Assembly: GCA_030390025.1 (NCBI GenBank)
Contig: JASTWF010000034.1
Span: 496,001 to 560,000, forward strand
Reading direction: 5' to 3'
Source: Squalus acanthias
Lineage: Eukaryota
Length of the DNA: 64,000 nt
Notes under the pieces: generated by a model
The model's input: only the letters and a program-made list of their open reading frames with translations
Told to the model about the DNA's origin: nothing
Databases searched by the model: none
Translations under genes and position numbers: made by a program
Part shown: piece after piece, positions 50,401 to 61,800 of the stretch
Layout of the letters: every line of letters begins with the position of its first letter
Numbering within the stretch: position 1 is the first letter of the stretch

Positions 50401-52838
50401 TGTAGTGTACATTAATGAATTAGATATGAATGTAGGAGGTATGATCAATAAGTTCGCAGATGACACGAAAATTGGTGGAGTGGTAAATAGCGAGGAGGGA
50501 AGCCTGAGGCTACAGGATGATATAGACGGGTTGGTCAGATGGGGAGAACAGTGGCAAATGGAAATTAAACCTGAAAAGTGTGAGGTGATGCATTTTGGGA
50601 GGATTAAGAAGGCAAGGGAATACACAATGAATGGTAGGACCCTAGGAAGGACAGAGGATCAGAGAGACCTTGGTGTGCATGTTCATAGATCCCTGAATGC
50701 AGTAGGACAGGTAGATAAGGTGGTTAAAAAGGCATATTGGATACTTGCCGTCATTAGCCGAGGCATAGAATATAAGAGCAGGGAGGTTATGATGGAGCTG
50801 TATAAAACGTTGGTTAGGCCACAGCTGGAATACTGTGTGCAGTTCTGGTCACCACACTATAGGAGGGATGTGATTGCATTGGAGAGGGTGCAGAGGAGAT
50901 TCACCAGGATGTTACCTGGGCTGGAGCGTTTCGGCAGTGAAGAGAGACTGGACAGGCTGGGGTTGTTTTCCTTAGAGCAGAGAAGGCTGAGAGGGGACCT
51001 GATTGAGGTGTACAAAATTATGAGGGGCTTAGCTAGGGTGGATAAAAAGGAAATTCTTCACTTCGTAGGGGGGTCAATAACCAGGAGCATGGTTTCAAGG
51101 TAAGGGGCAGGAGGTTTAGAGGGGATTTGAGGCAAGAGGGTGGTTGGAATCTGGACCTCACTGTCTGAAAGGATGGTAGAGGCAGGAACGCTCACAACAT
51201 TCAAGAAGCATTTAGATGATCACTTGAAACGCCGTAGCATACAATGCTACGGACCAAGTGCTGGAAAATGGAATTAGAATAGTTAGGTCTTGATGGCCGG
51301 CGCTGACACGATGGGCCAAAAGCCCTCTTTCTGTGCTGTATAACTCGATGACTCTATCTGCCAAACACATGGCTGCACACAATAACGACTATTCAACTAT
51401 GGTAGGCACATCTGCCAAACACATGACCCCACACTCACTCACAAGCTGTCCTTTTTCTTGCAGGCCAAGTTCTCTCATAACAGACGGTAGCAGCAAAGCA
51501 TGGGAGCAGGACCGGCGGACCTACACCTCCTGACTGAGTTGGAGGACAGAGTGCACAGGATCGTTGCCAGCCAGGTCATAGGTGCCGTGGCCGCTGGAGA
51601 GGTCGACCCCCTCGGGACAGCAATGGTATGTTCATCAGCTTTCACTCCTCTCTCACACCTCTTCACCCTCACAACACCAGCCGTTTACACTTTCAATCCT
51701 ACTAACAGTCTCCAGTGCTTGCTCCCTTCCTGCCCCCCTGCCCTTTTGCTAAAGCCAGTCTAGTACATTCCTGCTTTCAGATAGTGAACCACCTGCTGAC
51801 CAGCCTGTCGCTCAGCCTGCCAGTGGCAGCTATGTGCTAGTCGAGGAGGAAGAGGAAGCCGGAGCCTCACCACCTGCATCTCCCAAGGGTGAAACATCAG
51901 ACACTGGGTCCACGCCTTCCCTGGAGGGGAGCAGGGTGTTAGGGTCTGTCAGGGAGAATCTCCTGGACCCAGCGGGCTGCAGCAATGCCATGTGGGTACG
52001 GGAAGCAGGCGCGTGAGTTCTGCTGCACAGGACTTGGATGAGGACCTCGATATCGCGGCCATGAATACCCAGGCCTTGAGCATGAACACTGAGCTGATGG
52101 GTGCAATGGCAAGGGAGCTTGACAGCATGGATACACTGGCTAGGAGCGTGGAGGAGTCCGCCGCTAGCACAGCTGTCATCTGTGTGCAAGACCTTGAACC
52201 CATCCTTGCCTCATTGCAGAGGATGGTTGAATTGCAGGGAGACCGTGGTGAACCAGAGCCGTGTGTAATGGGTGAGGGGGCACGATCCATTGCAGCACAG
52301 GCCAACGCAACGCAATGACATAGTGCTGCAATTCAGTCATTGGATAGTGCCATCCAGTCTCAGACTGCTGTCATGCCGTCTCAGATTGATGTCACGCAAG
52401 CATGAGTACTGCCATCCTCGCAGGGTCACCCACAGTCCCTCAGGGATCTCACGGTGCCGCAGCAGGCCAGCAATCTGTGCTCGTACAGATTGCTCCGGAT
52501 GCTGAGGTTCTGCCCCGGGGGAGTGGCAGTGTGTCGGTCGAACATGAAGGTGCTGCCCCCTCTCAAGATGACAGCATTCCTGTCCCCCAAACGCCACTTC
52601 CCCATTGCACTTGGCACGGCCTGCAACACAGCCAGCCCAGACTGCTGCCGCCCATACAGAGTTGGTGCAGTCAGCAGCCCGGCCCTACAGGCCCAGAGCT
52701 GATCGAGGGCGTCCGTCAAAGCAATCTCTGGATCCAGCTTTCAGCAGCCTTACGTCAGACTTGCTGCAGCCACTGGGGCCACATTTGGAGGAGCAGTAGG
52801 GTGGGAAGGGGGGAAGTGCGCAGGGGATGGAGGACACC
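47453..52838 (+). pseudogene. Second Harbinger Myb/SANT-like gene copy (exons 47453-47688, 51464-51625, 51781-~52838), disrupted
   Basis: MERPRERAWRFSNEALVVLVGAVERR...WREVAQ...QCQK(K)FNDL, with the same splice positions as the copy at 8402-10597. Multiple frameshifts and stops. No TIR or transposase adjacent. Confidence 0.88.
47909..51355 (+). mobile_element. CR1 LINE (ORF1 esterase and ORF2) inserted in intron 1 of the second Myb/SANT copy
   Basis: VHIGTNDIG...DGLHL, YFNARSL, DFNFPNINW, YMDFSKAFD and KFADDTK motifs. Interrupts ggcacatc|tgccaaa with atc repeated on both sides. Confidence 0.95.
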
Positions 52839-55800
52839 CTCGCTGAAGCCAGTGGGGCCACATTAGGAGGAGCAGTAGGGTGGGAAGGGGGGAAGTGCGC
52901 AGGCGATGGAGGACCCCTTTGCTGCAGCCACTGGGGCCACATTAGGAGGAGCAGTAGAGTGGGAAGGGGGAAAGTGCGCAGGGGATGGAGGTCACCCTCG
53001 CTGCAGCCAGTGGGGCCACATTACAGAGGAGCAGTAGGGTGGGAAGGGGGGAAGTGCGCAGGGGATGGAGGTCACCCTCGCTGCAGCCAGTGGGGCCACA
53101 TTACAGAGGAGCAGCAGGGTGGGAAGGGGGGAAGTGCGCAGGGGATGGAGGTCACCCTCGCTGCAGCCACTGGGGCCACATTAGGAGGAGCAGTAGGGTG
53201 GGAAGGGGGAAGAGCGCAGGGGATGGAGGTCACCCTTCGCTGCAGCCACTGGTGCCACATTACAGAGGAGCAGTAGGGTGAGAAGGGGGAAGTGCGCAGG
53301 GGATGGAGGTCACCTTCGCTGCAGCCACTGGTGCCACAATAAAGAGGAGCAGTAGGGTGGGAAGGGGGCAAGTACGCAGGGGATGGAGGTCACCCTCGCT
53401 GCAGCCAGTGGACCCACATTAGGAGGAGCAGTAGGGTGGGAACGGGGGAAGAGCGCAGGGGGTGGAGGTCACCCTTGCTGCAGCCACTGGGGCCACATTA
53501 GGAGGAGCAGCAGTTTGGGAAGGGGGTAAGTGCGCAGGGGATGGAGGTCACCCTTGCTGCAGCCACTGGGGCCACATTAGGAGGAGCAGCAGTTTGGGAA
53601 GGGGGTAAGTGCGCAGGGGATGGAGGTCACCCTTACTGCAGCCAGTGGACCCACATTAGGAGGAGCAGTAGGGTGGGAAGGGGGGAAGTGCACAGGGGAT
53701 GGAGGTCACCCTCGCTGCAGCCACTGGGGCCACATTAGGAGGAGCAGTAGGGTGGGAAGTGGGAAGTGAGCAGGGGATAGAGGTCACCATTGCTGCAGCC
53801 ACTGGGGCCACATTAGGAGGAGCAGTAGGGTGGTAAGGGGGGAAGTGCGCAGGGGGTGGAGGTCACCCTTCCTGCAGCCAGTGGGGCCCCATTAGGAGGA
53901 GCAGTAGGGTGGGAAGGGGGGATATGCTAAGGGGATGGAGGTCACCCTTGCTGTTTCCAGTAGGGCCACATTACAGAGGAGCAGTAGGGTGGGAAGAGGG
54001 GAAGTGCGCAGGGGGTGGAGGTCACCCTTGCTGCAGCCACTGGGGCCACATTAGGAGGAGCAGTAGGGTGGGAAGGGGGGAGGTGCGCAGGGGGTGGAGG
54101 TCACACTTGCTGCAGCCAGTGGGGCCACATTAGGAGGAGAAGTAGTGTGGGAAGGGGGAAGCGCGCAGGGGATGGAGGTCACTCTCGCTGCAGCCACTGG
54201 GCCGACATTAGGAGGAGCAGAAGGGTGGGAAAGGGGGAAGTGCGCAGGGGATGGAGGTCACCCTTGCTGCAGCCACTGGGGCCACATTAGGAGGAGCAGT
54301 AGGGTGGGAAGGGGGGAAGTGCGCAGGGGATGGAGGTCACCCTCGCTGCAGCCACTGGGGCCACATTATAGAAGAGCAGTAGGGTGGGAAGGTGGAAGTG
54401 CGCAGGGGATGGAGGTCACCCTTGCTGCAGCCATGGGGCCACATTAGGAGGAGCAGTAGGGTGGGAAGTAGGGAAGTGCGCAGGGGATGGAGGTCACCCT
54501 TGCTGCAGTCAGTGGCGCCACATTAGGAGGAGCAGTAGGGTGGGAAGGGGGGAAGTGCGCAGGGGATGGAGGTCACCCTCTCTGCAGCCACTGGGGCCAG
54601 ATTACAGAGGAGCAGTAGGGTGGGAACGGGGCGGTGGGCCGGGGGTGGAGGTCACCCTTGCTGCAGCCAATGGGGCCACATTAGGAGGAGCAGTAGGGTG
54701 GGAAGGGGGGAACCGCGCAGGGGATGGAGGTCACCCTCGCTGCAGCCACTGGGGCCAGATTAGGAGGAGCAGTAGGGTGGGAACGGGGCGGTGGGCCGGG
54801 GGTGGAGGTCACCCTTGCTGCAGCCAATGGGGCCACATTAGGAGGTTCAGTAGGGTGGGAAGGGGGGAAGTGGGCAGAGGATGGAAGTCACCCTTGCTGC
54901 AGCCAGTGGTGCCACAATAGGAGGAGCAGCAGGGTGGGAAGGCGGGGAAGTGCGCAGGGGGTGGAGGTCACCCTCGCTGCAGCCAGTGGGGCCACATTAC
55001 AGAGGAACAGTAGGGTGGGAAGGGAGGAAATGCGCAGGGGATGGAGGTCACCCTTGCTGCAGCCACTAGGGCCACATTAGGAGGAGCAGGAAGGTGGGAA
55101 GGGAGGAAATGCGCAGGGGATGGAGGTCACCCTCGCTGCAGCCACTGGGGGCACGTTAGGAGGAGCAGTAGGGTGGGAAGGGGGAAAGTGCGCAGGGGAT
55201 GGAGGTCACCCTTGCTGCAGCCACTCGGGCCACATTAGGAGGAGCAGTGGAGTGGGAAGTTAGGAACTGAGCAGGGGATGGAGGTCACCCTCGCTGCAGC
55301 CAGTGGGGCCATATTACAGAAGAGCAGTAGGGAGGGAACGGGGGAAATGCGCAGGGGATGGAGGTCACACTTGCTGCAGCCACTGGGGCCACATTAGGAG
55401 GAGCAGTAGGGTGGGAAGAGGGGATGTGCGCAGGGGATGGAGGTCACCCTTGCTGCAGCCACTGGGGCCACATTACAGAGGAGCAGTAGGGTGGGAAGGG
55501 GGGAAGTGCGCAGGGGATGGAGGTCACCATTGCTGCAGCCACTGGGACCACATTAGGAGAAGCAGTAGGACGGGAAGAGGGGAAGTGCGCAGTGGATGGA
55601 GGACACCCTTGCTGCAGCCAGTGGGGCCACATTAGAAGTAACAGCTGTTTGGGAAGGGGGGATGTGCGCAGGGGTTGGAGGTCACCCTTGAAGCAGCCAC
55701 TGGGGCCACATTCGGTGTAGCAGAAGGGGGAGAAGTCCGCAGGGGTTGGAGGTCACACTCGCTGCAGCCTCTGGGACAACATTACAGAGGAGGAGTAGGG

Positions 55801-58800
55801 TGGGAAGGGTGGAAGTGCGCAGGGGGTGGAGGTCACCCTTGCTGCAGCCACTGGGGCCACATTAGGAGGAGCAATAGGGTGGGAAGGGGGGAAGTGCGCA
55901 GGGGAGGGAGGTAACCATTGCTGCAGCCACTGGGGCCACATTAGGAGGAGCAGTAGGGTGGGAAGGGGGGAAGTGCGCAGGGGATGGAGGTCACCCTTCC
56001 TGCAGCCAGTGGGTCCACATTACAGAGGAGCAGTAGGGGGGGAAGTGGGGAAGTGCGCATGGGATGGAGGTCACCATCGCTGCAGCCAGTAGAGCCACAT
56101 TACAGAGGAGCAGTAGGGTGGGAAGAGGTGAAGTGCGCAGGGGGTGGAGGTCACCCTTGCTGCAGCCACAGGGGCCACATTAGGAGGAGCAGTAGGGTGG
56201 GAAGGGGGGAAGTGCGCAGGGGATGGAGGTCACACTTGCTGCAGCCAGTGGGGCCACATTAGGAGGAGAAGTAGTGTGGGAAGGGGGAAGCGCGCAGGGG
56301 ATGGAGGTCACTCTCGCTGCAGCCACTGGGCCGACATTAGGAGGAGCAGGAGGGCGGGAAGGGGGGTAATGCGCAGGGGATGTAGGTCACCCTTGCTGCA
56401 GCCACTGGGGCCACATTACAGAGGAGCAGTAGGGTGGGAGGGGGGGAGGTGGGCCGGAGGTGGAAGTCACCCTTGCTGCAGCCACTGGGGCCACATTCGG
56501 TGGAGCAGAAGGGGGTAAGTGCGCTGGGGATGGAGGTCACCCTCGCTGCAGCCACTGGGGCCATATTACAGAGGAGCAGTAGGGTGGGAAGGCTGGAGGT
56601 GCGCAGGGGATGGAGGTCACCCTCGCTGCAGCCACTGGGGCCACATTACAGAGGAGCAGTAGGGTGGGAAGGTGGAAGTGCGCAGGGGATGGAGGTCACC
56701 CTTGCTGCAGCCACTGGGGCCACATTAGGAGGAGCAGTAGGTTGGGAACGGGGCGGTGGGCCGGGGGTGGAGGTCACCCTTGCTGCAGCCAATGGGGTCA
56801 CATTAGGAGGTTCAGTAGGGTGGGAAGGGGGGAAGTGCGCAGGGGATGGAGGTCACCCTCGCTGCAGCCAGTGGTGCCACATTAGGAGGAGCAGCAGTGT
56901 GGGAAGGGGGGAAGTGCGCAGGGGGTGGAGGTCACCCTCGCTGCAGCCAGTGGTGCCACATTAGGAGGACCATCAGGGTGGGAAGGGGGGAAGTGCACCG
57001 GGGATGGAGGTCACACTTGCAGCAGCCACTGGGGCCACATTAGGAGGAGCAGTAGGGTGCGAAGTTGGGGGAAGTGCGCAGGGGATGGAGGTCACCCTTG
57101 CTGCAGCCACTGGGGGCACATTAGGAGGAGCAGTAGGGTGGGAAGGGGGAAAGTGCGCAGGGGATGGAGGTCACCTTTGCTGCAGCCACTGGGGCCACAT
57201 TAGGAGGAGCAGTAGGGTGGGAAGGGGGAAAGTGCGCAGGGGATGGAGGTCAACGCTGCTGCAGCCACTTGGGCCACATTAGGAGGAGCAGTAGAGTGGG
57301 AAGGTGGGAAGTGCACAGGGGATGGACGTCACCCTCGCTGCAGCCACTGGGGCCACATTACAGAGGAGCAGTAGGGTGGGAAGGGGGGATATGCGCAGGG
57401 GATGGATGTCACCCTCGCTGCAGCCAGTGGGGCCACATTACAGAAGAGCAGGAGCGAGGGAACGGGGGAAATGCGCAGGGGATGGAGGTCACGCTTGCTG
57501 CAGCCACTGGGGCCACATTCGGAGGAGCAGTAGGGTGGGAAGAGGGAAGTGCGCAGGGGATGGAGGTCACCCTCGCTGCAGCCACTGGGGCCACATGAGG
57601 AGGAGCAGTAGGGTGGGAAGGGGGGAAGTGCGCAGGGGATGGAGGTCACCCTCGCTGCAACCAGTGGGCCCACATTACAGAGGAGCAGTAGGGTGGGAAG
57701 GGGGGAAGTGCGCAGAGGGTGGAGGTCACCCGTTTGCAGCCAGTGGGGCCACATTCGGAGGAGCAGTCGGGTGGGAAGGGGGAACCGCGCAGGGGATGGA
57801 GGTCACCCTCGCTGCAGCCACTGGGGCCACATTCGGAGGAGCAGTAGGGTGGGAAGGGGGAACCGCGCAGGGGATGGAGGTCACCCTCGCTGCAGCCACT
57901 GGGGCCACATTACAGAGGAGCAGTAGGGTGGGAAGGGGGGAAGTGCGCAGGGGATGGAGGTCACCCTTGCTGCAGCCACTGGGACCACATTAGGAGGAGC
58001 AGTTGGGCGGGAAGGGGGGAAGTGCGCAGGGGATGGAGGACACCCTTGCTGCAGCCAGTGGGGCCACATTAGGAGGAACAGCTGTTTGGGAAGGGGGGAT
58101 GTGCGCAGGGCTTGGACTCACCCTTGCTGCAGCCAGTGGGGCCACATTAGGAGGAACAGCTGTTTGGGAAGGGGGGATGTGCGCACGGGTTGGAGTTCAC
58201 CCTTGCTGCAGCCACTGGGGCCACATTCGGTGTAGCAGAAGGGGGGGAAGTCCGCAGGGGATGGAGGTGACCCTCGCTGCAGCCACTGGGACAACATTAC
58301 AAAGGAGGAGTAGGGTGGGAAGGGTGTAAGTGCGCAGGGAGTGGAGGTCACCATTGCTGCAGCCACTGGGGCCACATTAGGGGAGCAGTAGGGTGGGAAG
58401 GGGGGAAGTGCGCAGGGGATGGAGGTCATCCTTGCTGCAGCCAGTGGTGCCACATTAGGAGGAGCAGTAGGGTGGGAAGGGGGGAAGTGCGCAGGGGATA
58501 GAGGTCACCCTTGCTGCAGCCAGTGGTGCCACATTAGGAGGAGCAGTAGGGTGGGAAGGGGGGAAGTGCGCAGGGGATGGATGTCACCCTCGCTGCAGCC
58601 ACTGGGGCCACATTACAGAGGAGCAGTAGGGTGGGAAGGGGGGAAGTGCGCAGGGGATGGTGGTCAGCCTTGCTGCAGCCAGTGGGGCCACATTACAGAG
58701 GAACAGTAGGGTGGGAAGGGGGGAAGTGCGCAGTGGGTGGAGGTCACGCTCGCTGCAGCCACTGGGGCCACATTAGGAGGAGCAGTAGGGTGGGAAGGGG

Positions 58801-61800
58801 GGAAGTGCGCAGGGGATGGAAGTCACACTTGCTGCAGCCACTGGGGCCACATTGGGAGGAGCAGTAGGGTGGGAAGGGGGAAAGTGCGCAGGGGATGGAG
58901 GTCAACGCTGCTGCAGCCACTTGGGCCACATTAGGAGGAGCAGTAGAGTGGGAAGGTGGGAAGTGCACAGGGGATGGAGGTCACCCTCGCTGCAGCCACT
59001 GGGGCCACATTACAGAGGAGCAGTAGGGTGGGAAGGGGGGATATGCGCAGGGGATGGATGTCACCCTCGCTGCAGCCAGTGGGGCCACATTACAGAAGAG
59101 CAGGAGCGAGGGAACGGGGGAAATGCGCAGGGGATGGAGGTCACGCTTGCTGCAGCCACTGGGGCCACATTAGGAGGAGCAGTAGGGTGGGAAGGGGGGA
59201 AGTGCGCAGGGGATGGAGGTCACCCTTGCTGCAGCCACTGGGGATACATTAGGAGGAGCAGTAGGGTGGGAAGGGGGAAAGTGCGCAGAGGATGGAGGTC
59301 ACCCTCGCTGCAGCCACTGGGGCCACATTAGGAGGAGCAGTAGGGTGGGAAGAGGGAAGTGCGCAGGGGATGGAGGTCACCCTCGCTGCAGCCAGTGGGC
59401 CCACATTACAGAGGAGCAGTAGGGTGGGAAGGGGGGAAGTGCGCAGGGGGTGGAGGTCACCCTCGCTGCAGCCAGTGGTGCCACATTAGGAGGACCATCA
59501 GGGTGGGAAGGGGGGAAGTGCACCGGGGATGGAGGTCACACTTGCAGCAGCCACTGGGGCCACATTAGGAGGAGCAGTAGGGTGCGAAGTTGGGGGAAGT
59601 GCGCAGGGGATGGAGGTCACCCTTGCTGCAGCCACTGGGGGCACATTAGGAGGAGCAGTAGGGTGGGAAGGGGGAAAGTGCGCAGGGGATGGAGGTCACC
59701 TTTGCTGCAGCCACTGGGGCCACATTAGGAGGAGCAGTAGGGTGGGAAGGGGGAAAGTGCGCAGGGGATGGAGGTCAACGCTGCTGCAGCCACTTGGGCC
59801 ACATTAGGAGGAGCAGTAGAGTGGGAAGGTGGGAAGTGCACAGGGGATGGACGTCACCCTCGCTGCAGCCACTGGGGCCACATTACAGAGGAGCAGTAGG
59901 GTGGGAAGGGGGGATATGCGCAGGGGATGGATGTCACCCTCGCTGCAGCCAGTGGGGCCACATTACAGAAGAGCAGGAGCGAGGGAACGGGGGAAATGCG
60001 CAGGGGATGGAGGTCACGCTTGCTGCAGCCACTGGGGCCACATTCGGAGGAGCAGTAGGGTGGGAAGAGGGAAGTGCGCAGGGGATGGAGGTCACCCTCG
60101 CTGCAGCCACTGGGGCCACATGAGGAGGAGCAGTAGGGTGGGAAGGGGGGAAGTGCGCAGGGGATGGAGGTCACCCTCGCTGCAACCAGTGGGCCCACAT
60201 TACAGAGGAGCAGTAGGGTGGGAAGGGGGGAAGTGCGCAGAGGGTGGAGGTCACCCGTTTGCAGCCAGTGGGGCCACATTCGGAGGAGCAGTCGGGTGGG
60301 AAGGGGGAACCGCGCAGGGGATGGAGGTCACCCTCGCTGCAGCCACTGGGGCCACATTCGGAGGAGCAGTAGGGTGGGAAGGGGGAACCGCGCAGGGGAT
60401 GGAGGTCACCCTCGCTGCAGCCACTGGGGCCACATTACAGAGGAGCAGTAGGGTGGGAAGGGGGGAAGTGCGCAGGGGATGGAGGTCACCCTTGCTGCAG
60501 CCACTGGGACCACATTAGGAGGAGCAGTAGGGCGGGAAGGGGGGAAGTGCGCAGGGGATGGAGGACACCCTTGCTGCAGCCAGTGGGGCCACATTAGGAG
60601 GAACAGCTGTTTGGGAAGGGGGGATGTGCGCAGGGCTTGGAGGTCACCCTTGCTGCAGCCAGTGGGGCCACATTAGGAGGAACAGCTGTTTGGGAAGGGG
60701 GGATGTGCGCACGGGTTGGAGGTCACCCTTGCTGCAGCCACTGGGGCCACATTCGGTGTAGCAGAAGGGGGGGAAGTCCGCAGGGGATGGAGGTCACCCT
60801 CGCTGCAGCCACTGGGACAACATTACAGAGGAGGAGTAGGGTGGGAAGGGTGTAAGTGCGCAGGGAGTGGAGGTCACCATTGCTGCAGCCACTGGGGCCA
60901 CATTAGGAGGAGCAGTAGGGTGGGAAGGGGGGGAAGTGCGCAGGGGATGGAGGTCATCCTTGCTGCAGCCAGTGGTGCCACATTAGGAGGAGCAGTAGGG
61001 TGGGAAGGGGGGAAGTGCGCAGGGGATGGAGGTCACCCTTGCTGCAGCCAGTGGTGCCACATTAGGAGGAGCAGTAGGGTGGGAAGGGGGGAAGTGCGCA
61101 GGGGATGGAGGTCACCCTCGCTGCAGCCACTGGGGCCACATTACAGAGGAGCAGTAGGGTGGGAAGGGGGGAAGTGCGCAGGGGATGGAGGTCAGCCTTG
61201 CTGCAGCCAGTGGGGCCACATTACAGAGGAACAGTAGGGTGGGAAGGGGGGAAGTGCGCAGTGGGTGGAGGTCACGCTCGCTGCAGCCACTGGGGCCACA
61301 TTAGGAGGAGCAGTAGGGTGGGAAGGGGGGAAGTGCGCAGGGGATTTAAGTCACACTTGCTGCAGCCACTGGGGCCACATTGGGAGGAGCAGTAGGGTGG
61401 GAAGGGGGAAGTGCGCAGGGGATGGAGGTCAACGCTGCTGCAGCCACTTGGGCCACATTAGGAGGAGCAGTAGAGTGGGAAGGTGGGAAGTGCACAGGGG
61501 ATGGAGGTCACCCTCGCTGCAGCCACTGGGGCCACATTACAGAGGAGCAGTAGGGTGGGAAGGGGGGATATGCGCAGGGGATGGATGTCACCCTCGCTGC
61601 AGCCAGTGGGGCCACATTACAGAAGAGCAGGAGCGAGGGAACGGGGGAAATGCGCAGGGGATGGAGGTCACGCTTGCTGCAGCCACTGGGGCCACATTAG
61701 GAGGAGCAGTAGGGTGGGAAGGGGGGAAGTGCGCAGGGGATGGAGGTCACCCTTGCTGCAGCCACTGGGGATACATTAGGAGGAGCAGTAGGGTGGGAAG

